From Euprymna scolopes (Eukaryota): DNA of 64,000 bases. The stretch lies in the NCBI GenBank assembly GCA_053919585.1, contig CM132799.1; one strand, 5' to 3'. The notes below the pieces were generated by a model. That model saw nothing but the letters and a program-made list of their open reading frames with translations, was not told where the DNA came from and did no database searches. Of the stretch, positions 18,904-36,900 are shown piece by piece (within the stretch, counting starts at the first letter, position 1; every line of letters starts with the position of its first letter). The translations under genes were made by a program, and so were the position numbers.

Positions 18904-21900
18904 TAACTCACTAACTGACTAACTAACTGACTAACTAACTGACTAACTAACTGACTCACTAACTGACTAACTAACTGACTAACTAACTGACTAACTAACT
19001 GACTCACTAACTGACTAACTAACTGACTAACTAACTGACTAACTAACTGACTAACTAACTGACTCACTAACTGACTAACTAACTGACTAACTAACTGACT
19101 AACTGACTAACTAACTGACTAACTAACTGACTCACTAACTGACTAACTAACTGACTCACTAACTGACTAACTAACTGACTCACTAACTGACTAACTAACT
19201 GACTCACTAACTGACTAACTAACTGACTAACTAACTGACTCACTAACTGACTCACTAACTGACTAACTAACTGACTAACTAACTGACTCACTAACTGACT
19301 CACTAACTGACTAACTAACTGACTCACTAACTGACTAACTAACTGACTAACTAACTGACTCACTAACTGACTCACTAACTGACTAACTAAATGACTCACT
19401 AACTGACTAACTAACTGACTCACTAACTGACTAACTAACTGACTCACTAACTGACTAACTAACTGACTCACTAACTGACTAACTAACTGACTCACTAACT
19501 GACTAACTAACTGACTAACTAACTGACTCACTAACTGACTCACTAACTGACTAACTAACTGACTAACTAACTGACTCACTAACTGACTAACTAACTGACT
19601 AACTAACTGACTCACTAACTGACTCACTAACTGACTAACTAACTGACTCACTTACTGACTAACTAACTGACTAACTAACTGACTAACTAACTGACTAACT
19701 AACTGACTCACTAACTGACTAACAAACTGACTCACTAACTGACTAACTAACTGACTAACTAACTGACTAACTAACTGACTAACTAACTGACTCACTAACT
19801 GACTAACTAACTGACTAACTAACTGACTAACTAACTGACTCACTAACTGACTCACTAACTGACTAACTAACTGACTCACTAACTGACTAACTAACTGACT
19901 AACTAACTGACTAACTAACTGACTCACTAACTGACTCACTAACTGACTAACTAACTGACTAACTAACTGACTCACTAACTGACTAACTAACTGACTAACT
20001 AACTGACTCACAAACTGACTCACTACCTGACTAACTAACTGACTCACTAACTGACTAACTAACTGACTCACTAACTGACTAACTAACTGACTAACTAACT
20101 GACTAACTAACTGACTCACTAACTGAATAACTAACTGACTAACTAACTGACTAACTAACTGACTCACTAACTGACTCACTAACTGACTAACTAACTGACT
20201 CACTAACTGACTAACTAACTGACTAACTAACTGACTAACTAACTGACTCACTAACTGACTCACTAACTGACTAACTAACTGACTAACTAACTGACTCACT
20301 AACTGACTAACTAACTGACTAACTAACTGACTCACTAACTGACTCACTAACTGACTAACTAACTGACTCACTAACTGACTAACTAACTGACTCACTAACT
20401 GACTAACTAACTGACTAACTAACTGACTAACTAACTGACTAACTAACTGACTCACTAACTGACTAACTAACTGACTCACTAACTGACTAACTAACTGACT
20501 CACTAACTGACTAACTAACTGACTCACTAACTGACTAACTAACTGACTCACTAACTGACTCACTAACTGACTCACTAACTGACTAACTAACTGACTCACT
20601 AACTGACTAACTAACTGACTAACTAACTGACAAACTAACTGACTCACTAACTGACTCACTAACTGACTAACTAACTGACTCACTAACTGACTAACTAACT
20701 GACTAACTAACTGACTAACTAACTGACTAACTAACTGACTAACTAACTGACTCACTAACTGACTCACTAACTGACTAACTAACTGACTAACTAACTGACT
20801 CACTAACTGACTCACTAACTGACTAACTAACTGACTCACTAACTGACTAACTAACTGACTAACTAACTGACTAACTAACTGACTAACTAACTGACTCACT
20901 AACTGACTAACTAACTGACTCACTAACTGACTAACTAACTGACTAACTAACTGACTCACTAACTGACTCACTAACTGACTAACTAACTGACTCACTAACT
21001 GACTAACTAACTGACTAACTAACTGACTAACTAACTGACTAACTAACTGACTCACTAACTGACTAACTAACTGACTCACTAACTGACTCACTAACTGACT
21101 AACTAACTGACTTACTAACTGACTAACTAACTGACTCACTAACTGACTCACTAACTGACTAACTAACTGACTCACTAACTGACTAACTAACTGACTAACT
21201 AACTGACTAACTAACTGACTAACTAACTGACTCACTAACTGACTAACTAACTGACTAACTAACTGACTCACTAACTGACTAACTAACTGACTCACTAACT
21301 GACTCACTAACTGACTAACTAACTGACTAACTAACTGACTCACTAACTGACTAACTAACTGACTCACTAACTGACTAACTAACTGACTAACTAACTGACT
21401 CACTAACTGACTAACTAACTGACTCACTAACTGACTCACTAACTGACTAACTAACTGACTAACTAACTGACTAACTAACTGACTCACTAACTGACTCACT
21501 AACTGACTAACTAACTGACTCACTAACTGACTAACTAACTGACTAACTAACTGACTAACTAACTGACTCACTAACTGACTAACTAACTGACTAACTAACT
21601 GACTCACTAACTGACTCACTAACTGACTAACTAACTGACTCACTAACTGACTAACTAACTGACTCACTAACTGACTAACTAACTGACTAACTAACTGACT
21701 CACTAACTGATTCACTAACTGACTAACTAACTGACTCACTAACTGACTAACTAACTGACTCACTAACTGACTAACTAACTGACTAACTAACTGACTAACT
21801 AACTGACTAACTAACTGACTCACTAACTGACTAACTAACTGACTCACTAACTGACTAACTTACTGACTAACTAACTGACTCACTAACTGACTAACTAACT

Positions 21901-24900
21901 GACTCACTAACTGACTAACTAACTGACTAACTAACTGACTCACTAACTGACTCACTAACTGACTAACTAACTGACTCACTAACTGACTAACTAACTGACT
22001 CACTAACTGACTAACTAACTGACTCACTAACTGACTCACTAACTGACTAACTAACTGACTCACTAACTGACTCACTAACTGACTAACTAACTGACTAACT
22101 AACTGACTCACTAACTGACTAACTAACTGACTCACTAACTGACTCACTAACTGACTAACTAACTGACTCACTAACTGACTCACTAACTGACTCACTAACT
22201 GACTAACTAACTGACTAACTAACTGACTAACTGACTAACTAACTGACTCACTAACTGACTAACTAACTGACTCACTAACTGACTAACTAACTGACTAACT
22301 AACTGACTAACTAACTGACGAACTAACTGACTAACTGACTAACTAACTGACTCACTAACTGACTAACTAACTGACTCACTAACTGACTAACTAACTGACT
22401 AACTAACTGACTCACTAACTGACTAACTAACTGACTAACTGACTAACTAACTGACTCACTAACTGACTAACTAACTGACTCACTAACTGACTCACTCACT
22501 GACTAACTAACTGACTAACTAACTGACTCACTAACTGACTAACTAACTGACACACTAACTGACTAACTAACTGACTAACTAACTGACTCACTAACTGACT
22601 CACTAACTGACTAACTAACTGACTAACAAACTGACTCACTAACTGACTAACTAACTGACTCACTAACTGACTAACTAACTGACTCACTAACTGACTCACT
22701 AACTGACTCACTAACTGACAAACTAACTGACTCACTAACTGACTCACTAACTGACTCACTAACTGACTAACAAACTGACTCGCTAACTGACTAACTAACT
22801 GACTCACTAACTGACTAACTAACTGACTCACTAACTGACTCACTAACTGACTCACTAACTGACTCACTAACTGACTAACTAACTGACTAACTAACTGACT
22901 CACTAACTGACTAACTAACTGACTCACTAACTGACTAACTAACTGACTCACTAACTGACTCACTAACTGACTAACTAACTGACTAACTAACTGACTCACT
23001 AACTGACTAACTAACTGACTCACTAACTGACTCACTAACTGACTAACTAACTGACTCACTAACTGACTCACTAACTGACTCACTAACTGACTCACTAACT
23101 GACTAACTAACTGACTAACTAACTGACTAACTGACTAACTAACTGACTAACTAACTGACTCACTAACTGACTAACTAACTGACTCACTAACTGACTAACT
23201 AACTGACTCACTAACTGACTAACTAACTGACTCACTAACTGACTAACTAACTGACTCACTAACTGACTCAGCAACTGACTAACTAACTAACTCACTAACT
23301 GACTCACTAACTGACTCACTAACTGACTAACTAACTGACTCACTAACTGACTCACTAACTGACTCACTAACTGACTAACTAACTGACTAACTAACTGACT
23401 CACTAACTGACTAACTAACTGACTCACTAACTGACTAACTAACTGACTCACTAACTGACTCACTAACTGACTCACTAACTGACTAACTAACTGACTCACT
23501 AACTGACTCACTAACTGACTCACTAACTGACTAACTAACTGACTCACTAACTGACTAACTAACTGACTCACTAACTGACTAACAAACTGACTCACTAACT
23601 GACTCACTAACTGACTCACTAACTGACTCACTAACTGACTAACTAACTGACTCACTAACTGACTCACTAACTGACTCACTAACTGACTAACTAACTGACT
23701 CACTAACTGACTCACTAACTGACTAACTAACTGACTAACTAACTGACTAACTAACTGACTAACTAACTGACTAACTAACTGAATCACTAACTGACTCACT
23801 AACTGACTAACTAACTGACTAACTAACTGACTAACTAACTGACTCACTAACTGACTAACTAACTGACTAACTAACTGACTAACTAACTGACTCACTAACT
23901 GACTCACTAACTGACTAACTAACTGACTAACTAACTGACTCACTAACTGACTCACTAACTGACTAACTAACTGACTAACTAACTGACTAACTAACTGACT
24001 CACTAACTGACTCACTAACTGACTAACTAACTGACTCACTAACTGACTCACTAACTGACTCACTAACTGACTCACTAACTGACTAACTAACTGACTAACT
24101 AACTGACTAAGTGACTAACTAACTGACTAACTAACTGACTCACTAACTGACTAACTAACTGACTCACTAACTGACTAACTAACTGACTCACTAACTGACT
24201 AACTAACTGACTCACTAACTGACTAACTAACTGACTCACTAACTGACTCACTAACTGACTAACTAACTGACTCACTAACTGACTCACTAACTGACTCACT
24301 AACTGACTAACTAACTGACTCACTAACTGACTCACTAACTGACTCACTAACTGACTAACTAACTGACTAACTAACTGACTCACTAACTGATTAACTAACT
24401 GACTCACTAACTGACTAACTAACTGACTCACTAACTGACTCACTAACTGACTCACTAACTGACTAACTAACTGACTCACTTACTGACTCACTAACTGACT
24501 CACTAACTGACTAACTAACTGACTAACTAACTGACTCACTAACTGACTAACTAACTGACTCACTAACTGACTAACTAACTGACTCACTAACTGACTCACT
24601 AACTGACTAACTAACTGACTCACTAACTGACTCACTAACTGACTCATTAACTGACTAACTAACTGACTCACTAACTGACTCACTAACTGACTCACTAACT
24701 GACTCACTAACTGACTAACTAACTGACTCACTAACTGACTAACTAACTGACTCACTAACTGACTCACTAACTGACTAACTAACTGACTAACTAACTGACT
24801 AACTAACTGACTCACTAACTGACTAACTAACTGACTCACTAACTGACTAACTAACTGACTCACTAACTGACTAACTAACTGACTAACTAACTGACTCACT

Positions 24901-27900
24901 AACTGACTAACTAACTGACTCACTAACTGACTAACTAACTGACTAACTAACTGACTAACTAACTGACTCACTAACTGACTCACTAACTGACTAACTAACT
25001 GACTCACTAACTGATTCACTAACTGACTCACTAACTGACTAACTAACTGACTAACTAACTGACTCACTAACTGACTAACTAACTGACTAACTAACTGACT
25101 AACTAACTGACTCACTAACTGACTCACTAACTGACTAACTAACTGACTCACTAACTGACTAACTAACTGACTAACTAACTGACTAACTAACTGACTCACT
25201 AACTGACTAACTAACTGACTAACTAACTGACTAACTAACTGACTCACTAACTGACTCACTAACTGACTAACTAACTGACTAACTAACTGACTCACTAACT
25301 GACTCACTAACTGACTCACTAACTGACTAACTAACTGACTCACTAACTGACTCACTAACTGACTCACTAACTGACTCACTAACTGACTCACTAACTGACT
25401 AACTAACTGACTAACTAACTGACTAACTAACTGACTCACTAACTGACTAACTAACTGACTCACTAACTGACTCACTAACTGACTCACTAACTGACTCACT
25501 AACTGACTAACTAACTGACTCACTAACTGACTAACTAACTGACTCACTAACTGACTAACTAACTGACTCACTAACTGACTAACTAACTGACTAACTAACT
25601 GACTAACTAACTGACTCACTAACTGACTAACTAACTGACTCACTAACTGACTCACTAACTGACTAACTAACTGACTAACTAACTGACTAACTAACTGACT
25701 AACTAACTGACTCACTAACTGACTAACTAACTGACTCACTAACTGACTAACTAACTGACTAACTTACTAACTAACGGACTAACTAACTGACTCACTAACT
25801 GACTAACTAACTGACTCACTAACTGACTCACTAACTGACTCACTAACTGACTAACTAACTGACTAACTAACTGACTAACTAACTGACTAACTAACTGACT
25901 AACTAACTGACTCACTAACTGACTCACTAACTGACTAACTAACTGACTAACTAACTGACTAACTAACTGACTCACTAACTGACTCACTAACTGACTAACT
26001 AACTGACTCACTAACTGACTAACTAACTGACTAACTAACTGACTAACTAACTGACTAACTAACTGACTAACTAACTGACTCACTAACTGACTCACTAACT
26101 GACTAACTAACTGACTAACTAACTGACTCACTAACTGACTCACTAACTGACTCACTAACTGACTAACTAACTGACTCACTAACTGACTCACTAACTGACT
26201 CACTAACTGACTCACTAACTGACTCACTAACTGACTAACTAACTGACTAACTAACTGACTAACTAACTGACTCACGAACTGACTAACTAACTGACTCACT
26301 AACTGACTCACTAACTGACTCACTAACTGACTCACTAACTGACTAACTAACTGACTCACTAACTGACTAACTAACTGACTCACTAACTGACTAACTAACT
26401 GACTCACTAACTGACTCACTAACTGACTAACTAACTGACTAACTAACTGACTAACTAACTGACTAACTAACTGACTCACATACTGACTAACTAACTGACT
26501 CACTAACTGACTAACTAACTGACTAACTTACTAACTAACGGACTAACTAACTGACTCACTAACTGACTAACTAACTGACTCACTAACTGACTCACTAACT
26601 GACTCACTAACTGACTCACTAACTGACTAACTTACTGACTAACTAACTGACTAACTAACTGACTAACTAACTGACTAACTAACTGACTCACTAACTGACT
26701 CACTAACTGACTCACTAACTGACTAACTAACTGACTCACTAACTGACTAACTAACTGACTCACTAACTGACTAACTAACTGACTCACTAACTGACTCACT
26801 AACTGACTAACTAACTGACTAACTACCTGACTAACTAACTGACTAACTAACTGACTAACTAACTGACTAACTAACTGACTAACTAACTCACTAACTGACT
26901 AACTAACTGACTAACTAACTGACTCACTAACTGACTCACTAACTGACTCACTAACTTACTCACTAACTAACTAACTAACTGACTAACTAACTGACTATCT
27001 AACTGACTCACTAACTGACTAACTAACTGACTCACTAACTGACTCACTAACTGACTCACTAACTGACTAACTAACTGACTCACTAACTGACTAACTAACT
27101 GACTCACTAACTGACTAACTAACTGACTAACTAACTGACTCACTAACTGACTAACTAACTGACTAACTAACTGACTAACTAACTGACTCACTAACTGACT
27201 CACTAACTGACTAACTGACTAACTAACTGACTAACTGACTAACTAACTGACTCACTAACTGACTCACTAACTGACTCACTAACTGACTAACTAACTGACT
27301 CACTAACTGACTAACTAACTGACTCACTAACTGACTAACTAACTGACTCACTAACTGACTCACTAACTGACTAACTAACTGACTAACTAACTGACTAACT
27401 AACTGACTCACTAACTGACTAAATAACTGACTCACTAACTGACTCACTAACTGACTAACTAACTGACTCACTAACTGACTCACTAACTGACTAACTAACT
27501 GACTCACTAACTGACTAACTAACTGACTAACTAACTGACTCACTAACTGACTAACTAACTGACTAACTAACTGACTAACTAACTGACTCACTAACTGACT
27601 CACTAACTGACTAACTAACTGACTCACTAACTGACTAACTAACTGACTCACTAACTGACTCATTAACTGACTAACTAACTGACTCACTAACTGACTAACT
27701 AACTGACTTACTAACTGACTCACTAACTGACTAACTAACTGACTCACTAACTGACTCACTAACTGACTAACTAACTGACTCACTAACTGACTCACTAACT
27801 GACTAACTAACTGACTCACTAACTGACTCACTAACTGACTAACTAACTGACTCACTAACTGACTAACTAACTGACTAACTAACTGACTAACGAACTGACT

Positions 27901-30900
27901 AACTAACTGACTCACTAACTGACTCACTAACTGACTCACTAACTGACTCAATAACTGACTCACTAACTGACTAACTAACTGACTCACTAACTGACTCACT
28001 AACTGACTAACTAACTGACTCACTCACTGACTAACTAACTGACTCACTAACTGACTCACTAACTGACTCACTAACTGACTCACTAACTGACTAACTAACT
28101 GACTAACTAACTGACTAACGAACTGACTAACTAACTGACTAACTAACTGACTCACTAACTGACTCACTAACTGACTCACTAACTGACTCACTAACTGACT
28201 AACTAACTGATTAACTAACTGACTAACTAACTGATTAACTAACTGACTAACTGACTCACTAACTGACTAACTAACTGACTCACTAACTGACTCACAAACT
28301 GACTCACTAACTGACTCACTAACTGACTAACTAACTGACTAACTAACTGACTAACGAACTGACTAACTAACTGACTAACTAACTGACTCACTAACTGACT
28401 AACTAACTGACTCACTAACTGACTCACTAACTGACTCACTAACTGACTAACTAACTGACTAACTAACTGACTCACTAACTGACTCACTAACTGACTAACT
28501 AACTGACTAACTAACTGACTAACTAACTGACTCACTAACTGACTCACTAACTGACTAACTAACTGACTCACTAACTGACTAACTAACTGACTAACTAACT
28601 GACTCACTAACTGACTAACTAACTGACTCACTAACTGACTAACTAACTGACTAACTAACTGACTCACTAACTGACTCACTAACTGACTCACTAACTGACT
28701 CACTAACTGACTCACTAACTGACTAACTAACTGACTCACTAACTGACTCACTAACTGACTAACTAACTGACTCACTAACTGACTCACTAACTGACTAACT
28801 AACTGACTCACTAACTAACTAACTAACTGACTAACTAACTGACTCACTAACTGACTCACTAACTGACTAACTAACTGACTCACTAACTGACTCACTAACT
28901 GACTCACTAACTGACTAACTAACTGACTCACTAACTGACTCACTAACTGACTCACTAACTGACTAACTAACTGACTCACTAACTGACTAACTAACTGACT
29001 AACTAACTGACTAACTAACTGACTAACTAACTGACTAACTAACTGACTAACTAACTAACTAACTGACTCACTAACTGACTAACTAACTGACTCACTAACT
29101 GACTCACTAACTGACTCACTAACTGACTCACTAACTGACTCACTAACTGACTAACAAACTGACTAACTAACTGACTAACTAACTGACTCACTAACTGACT
29201 CACTAACTGACTCACTAACTGACTCACTAACTGACTAACTAACTGACTCACTAACTGACTAACTAACTGACTCACTAACTGACTAACTAACTGACTCACT
29301 AACTGACTAACTAACTGACTAACTAACTGACTCACTAACTGACTAACTAACTGACTAACTAACTGACTAACTAACTGACTAACTGACTCACTAACTGACT
29401 AACTGACTAACTAACTGACTAACTGACTCACTAACTGACTAACTAACTGACTCACTAACTGACTAACTAACTGACTCACTAACTGACTCACTAACTGACT
29501 CACTAACTGACTAACAAACTGACTCACTAACTGACTAACTAACTGACTCACTAACTGACTTACTAACTGACTCACTAACTGACTCACTAACTGACTAACT
29601 AACTGACTCACTAACTGACTAACTAACTGACTCACTAACTGACTCACTAACTGACTAACTAACTGACTCACTAACTGACTAACTAACTGACTCACTAACT
29701 GACTAACTAACTGACTCACTAACTGACTAACTAACTGACTCACTAACTGACTAACTAACTGACTCACTAACTGACTCACTAACTGACTCACTAACTGACT
29801 CACTAACTGACTCACTAACTGACTAACTAACTGACTCACTAACTGACTAACGAACTGACTAACTAACTGACTCACTAACTGACTAACTAACTGACTCACT
29901 AACTGACTCACTAACTGACTAACTAACTGACTCACTAACTGACTCACTAACTGACTAACTAACTGACTCACTAACTGACTAACTAACTGACTAACTAACT
30001 GACTCACTAACTGACTAACTAACTGACTCACTAACTGACTAACTAACTGACTCACTAACTGACTAACTAACTGACTAACTAACTGACTAACTAACTGACT
30101 AACTAACTGACTCACTAACTGACTAACTAACTGACTCACTAACTGACTCACTAACTGACTCACTAACTGACTCACTAACTGACTAACTAACTGACTCACT
30201 AACTGACTCACTAACTGACTCACTAACTGACTAACTAACTGACTCACTAACTGACTCACTAATTGACTAACTGACTAACTAACTGACTAACTAACTGACT
30301 CACTAACTGACTCACTAACTGACTCACTAACTGACTCACTAACTGACTCACTAACTGACTCACTAACTGACTCACTAATTGACTAACTGACTAACTAACT
30401 GACTAACTAACTGACTCACTAACTGACTAACTAACTGACTCACTAACTGACTCACTAACTGACTAACTAACTGACTAACTAACTGACTGACTAACTGACT
30501 AACTAACTGACTTACTAACTGACTAACTAACTGACTTACTAACTGACTCACTAACTGACTAACTAACTGACTAACTAACTGACTCACTAACTGACTCACT
30601 AACTGACTCACTAACTGACTAACTAACTGACTCACTAACTGACTCACTAACTGACTCACTAACTGACTCACTAACTGACTTACTAACTGACTAACTAACT
30701 GACTAACTAACTGACTCACTAACTGACTCACTAACTGACTCACTAACTGACTGACTAACTGACTCACTAACTGACTCACTAACTGACTCACTAACTGACT
30801 AACTAACTGACTCACTAACTGACTAACTAACTGACTAACTAACTGACTCACTAACTGACTAACTAACTGACTCACTAACTGACTCACTAACTGACTAACT

Positions 30901-33900
30901 ACCTGACTAACTACCTGACTAACTACCTGACTAACTAACTGACTAACTAACTGACTAACTAACTGACTAACTAACTCACTAACTGACTAACTAACTGACT
31001 AACTAACTGACTCACTAACTGACTCACTAACTGACTCACTAACTTACTCACTAACTAACTAACTAACTGACTAACTAACTGACTAACTAACTGACTCACT
31101 AACTGACTAACTAACTGACTCACTAACTGACTCACTAACTGACTCACTAACTGACTAACTAACTGACTCACTAACTGACTAAGTAACTGACTCACTAACT
31201 GACTAACTAACTGACTCACTAACTGACTAACTAACTGACTAACTAACTGACTAACTAACTGACTAACTAACTGACTCACTAACTGACTCACTAACTGACT
31301 AACTGACTAACTAACTGACTAACTGCCTAACTAACTGACTAACTAACTGACTCACTAACTGACTAACTAACTGACTAACTAACTGACTCACTAACTGACT
31401 CACTAACTGACTAACTAACTGACTAACTAACTGACTAACTAACTGACTCACTAACTGACTAACTAACTGACTCACTAACTGACTCACTAACTGACTCACT
31501 AACTGACTAACTAACTGACTCACTAACTGACTAACTAACTGACTCACTAACTGACTAACTAACTGACTCACTAACTGACTCACTAACTGACTAACTAACT
31601 GACTAACTAACTGACTAACTAACTGACTCACTAACTGACTAACTAACTGACTCACTAACTGACTCACTAACTGACTAACTAACTGACTCACTAACTGACT
31701 CACTAACTGACTAACTAACTGACTCACTAACTGACTAACTAACTGACTAACTAACTGACTCACTAACTGACTAACTAACTGACTAACTAACTGACGAACT
31801 AACTGACTCACTAACTGACTCACTAACTGACTAACTAACTGACTCACTAACTGACTAACTAACTGACTAACTAACTGACTCATTAACTGACTAACTAACT
31901 GACTCACTAACTGACTAACTAACTGACTTACTAACTGACTCACTAACTGACTAACTAACTGACTCACTAACTGACTCACTAACTGACTAACTAACTGACT
32001 CACTAACTGACTCACTAACTGACTAACTAACTGACTCACTAACTGACTCACTAACTGACTAACTAACTGACTCACTAACTGACTAACTAACTGACTAACT
32101 AACTGACTAACGAACTGACTAACTAACTGACTCACTAACTGACTCACTAACTGACTCACTAACTGACTCAATAACTGACTCACTAACTGACTAACTAACT
32201 GACTCACTAACTGACTCACTAACTGACTAACTAACTGACTCACTCACTGACTAACTAACTGACTCACTAACTGACTCACTAACTGACTCACTAACTGACT
32301 CACTAACTGACTAACTAACTGACTAACTAACTGACTAACGAACTGACTAACTAACTGACTAACTAACTGACTCACTAACTGACTCACTAACTGACTCACT
32401 AACTGACTCACTAACTGACTAACTAACTGATTAACTAACTGACTAACTGACTCACTAACTGACAAACTAACTGACTCACTAACTGACTCACAAACTGACT
32501 CACTAACTGACTCACTAACTGACTAACTAACTGACTAACTAACTGACTAACGAACTGACTAACTAACTGACTAACTAACTGACTCACTAACTGACTAACT
32601 AACTGACTCACTAACTGACTCACTAACTGACTCACTAACTGACTAACTAACTGACTAACTAACTGACTCACTAACTGACTAACTAACTGACTCACTCACT
32701 GACTAACTAACTGACTCACTAACTGACTCACTAATTGACTAACTAACTGACTCACTAACTGACTAACTTACTGACTCACTAACTGACTAACTAACTGACT
32801 AACTAACTGACTCACTAACTGACTAACTAACTGACTAACTAACTGACTAACTAACTGACTAACTAACTGACTAACTAACTGACTAACTAACTGACTCACT
32901 AACTGACTCACTAACTGACTAACTAACTGACTAACTAACTGACTCACTAACTGACTCACTAACTGACTCACTAACTGACTAACTAACTGACTAACTAACT
33001 GACTCACTAACTGACTCACTAACTGACTAACTAACTGACTAACTAACTGACTAACTAACTGACTCACTAACTGACTCACTAACTGACTAACTAACTGACT
33101 CACTAACTGACTAACTAACTGACTAACTAACTGACTCACTAACTGACTAACTAACTGACTAACTAACTGACTCACTAACTGACTAACTAACTGACTAACT
33201 AACTGACTCACTAACTGACTCACTAACTGACTCACTAACTGACTCACTAACTGACTCACTAACTGACTATCTAACTGACTCATTAACTGACTCACTAACT
33301 GACTAACTAACTGACTCACTAACTGACTCACTAACTGACTAACTAACTGACTCACTAACTAACTAACTAACTGACTAACTAACTGACTCACTAACTGACT
33401 CACTAACTGACTAACTAACTGACTCACTAACTGACTCACTAACTGACTCACTAACTGACTAACTAACTGACTCACTAACTGACTCACTAACTGACTCACT
33501 AACTGACTAACTAACTGACTCACTAACTGACTAACTAACTGACTAACTAACTGACTAACTAACTGACTAACTAACTGACTAACTAACTAACTAACTGACT
33601 CACTAACTGACTCACTAACTGACTCACTAACTGACTCACTAACTGACTCACTAACTGACTAACAAACTGACTAACTAACTGACTAACTAACTGACTCATT
33701 AACTGACTCACTAACTGACTCACTAACTGACTCACTAACTGACTAACTAACTGACTCACTAACTGACTAACTAACTGACTCACTAACTGACTAACTAACT
33801 GACTCACTAACTGACTAACTAACTGACTAACTAACTGACTCACTAACTGACTAACTAACTGACTAACTAACTGACTAACTAACTGACTAACTGACTCACT

Positions 33901-36900
33901 AACTGACTAACTGACTAACTAACTGACTAACTGACTCACTAACTGACTAACTAACTGACTCACTAACTGACTAACTAACTGACTCACTAACTGACTCACT
34001 AACTGACTCACTAACTGACTCACTAACTGACTAACAAACTGACTAACTAACTGACTAACTAACTGACTCACTAACTGACTTACTAACTGACTCACTAACT
34101 GACTCACTAACTGACTAACTAACTGACTCACTAACTGACTAACTAACTGACTCACTAACTGACTCACTAACTGACTAACTAACTGACTCACTAACTGACT
34201 AACTAACTGACTCACTAACTGACTAACTAACTGACTCACTAACTGACTAACTAACTGACTCACTAACTGACTAACTAACTGACTCACTAACTGACTCACT
34301 AACTGACTCACTAACTGACTCACTAACTGACTAACTAACTGACTCACTAACTGACTAACGAACTGACTAACTAACTGACTCACTAACTGACTCACTAACT
34401 GACTCACTAACTGACTCACTAACTGACTAACTAACTGACTCACTAACTGACTCACTAACTGACTAACTAACTGACTCACTAACTGACTAACTAACTGACT
34501 CACTAACTGACTAACTAACTGACTCACTAACTGACTAACTAACTGACTCACTAACTGACTAACTAACTGACTAACTAACTGACTAACTAACTGACTAACT
34601 AACTGACTCACTAACTGACTAACTAACTGACTCACTAACTGACTCACTAACTGACTCACTAACTGATTCACTAACTGACTAACTAACTGACTCACTAACT
34701 GACTCACTAACTGACTCACTAACTGACTAACTAACTGACTCACTAACTGACTCACTAATTGACTAACTGACTAACTAACTGACTAACTAACTGACTCACT
34801 AACTGACTCACTAACTGACTCACTAACTGACTCACTAACTGACTCACTAACTGACTCACTAACTGACTCACTAATTGACTAACTGACTAACTAACTGACT
34901 AACTAACTGACTCACTAACTGACTAACTAACTGACTCACTAACTGACTCACTAACTGACTAACTAACTGACTAACTAACTGACTGACTAACTGACTAACT
35001 AACTGACTTACTAACTGACTAACTAACTGACTTACTAACTGACTCACTAACTGACTAACTAACTGACTAACTAACTGACTCACTAACTGACTCACTAACT
35101 GACTCACTAACTGACTAACTAACTGACTCACTAACTGACTCACTAACTGACTCACTAACTGACTCACTAACTGACTTACTAACTGACTAACTAACTGACT
35201 AACTAACTGACTCACTAACTGACTCACTAACTGACTCACTAACTGACTGACTAACTGACTCACTAACTGACTCACTAACTGACTAACTAACTGACTCACT
35301 AACTGACTAACTAACTGACTAACTAACTGACTCACTAACTGACTCACTAACTGACTAACTAACTGACTAACTAACTGACTAACTAACTGACTCACTAATA
35401 GACTAACTAACTGACTAACTAACTGACTAACTAACTGACTCACTAACTGACTCACTAACTGACTAACTAACTGACTCACTAACTGACTAACTAACTGACT
35501 CACTAACTGACTAACTAACTGACTCACTAACTGACTAACTAACTGACTCACTAACTGACTCACTAACTGACTAACTAACTGACTCACTAACTGACTAACT
35601 AACTGACTAACTAACTGACTCACTAACTGACTAACTAACTGACTGACTAACTGACTAACTAACTGACTCACTAACTGACTAACTAACTGACTCACTAACT
35701 GACTGACTAACTGACTAACTAACTGACTGACTAACTGACTAACTAACTGACTCACTAACTGACTAACTAACTGACTCACTAACTGACTAACTAACTGACT
35801 GACTAACTGACTAACTAACTGACTCACTAACTGACTAACTAACTGACTCACTAACTGACTAACTAACTGACTCACTAACTGACTAACTAACTGACTCACT
35901 AACTGACTCACTAACTGACTAACTAACTGACTAACTAACTGACTAACTAACTGACTAACTAACTGACTCACTAACTGACTCACTAACTGACTCACTAACT
36001 GACTGACTAACTGACTCACTAACTGACTGACTAACTGACTCACTAACTGACTCACTAACTGACTAACTAACTGACTAACTAACTGACTAACTAACTGACT
36101 CACTAACTGACTCACTAACTGACTAACTAACTGACTCACTAACTGACTAACTAACTGACTCACTAACTGACTCACTAACTGACTCACTAACTGACTCACT
36201 AACTGACTAACTAACTGACTAACTAACTGACTCACTAACTGACTAACTAACTGACTCACTAACTGACTAACTAACTGACTAACTAACTGACTAACTAACT
36301 GACTCACTAACTGACTCACTAACTGACTAACTAACTGACTAACTAACTGACTAACTAACTGACTCACTAACTGACTAACTAACTGACTAACTAACTGACT
36401 AACTAACTGTCTCACTAACTGACTCACTAACTGACTAACTAACTGACTAACTAACTGACTAACTGACTGACTCACTAACTGACTAACTAACTGACTCACT
36501 AACTGACTAACTAACTGACTAACTAACTGACTAACTAACTGACTAACTAACTGACTAACTAACTGACTCACTAACTGACTCACTAACTGACTAACTAACT
36601 GACTCACTAACTGACTAACTAACTGACTAACTAACTGACTCACTAACTGACTCACTAACTGACTCACTAACTGACTCACTAACTGACTCACTAACTGACT
36701 AACTAACTGACTCACTAACTGACTAACTAACTGACTCACTAACTGACTAACTAACTGACTAACTAACTGACTCACTAACTGACTCACTAACTGACTAACT
36801 AACTGACTAACTAACTGACTAACTAACTGACTCACTAACTGACTCACTAACTGACTAACTAACTGACTAACTAACTGACTAACTAACTGACTAACTAACT

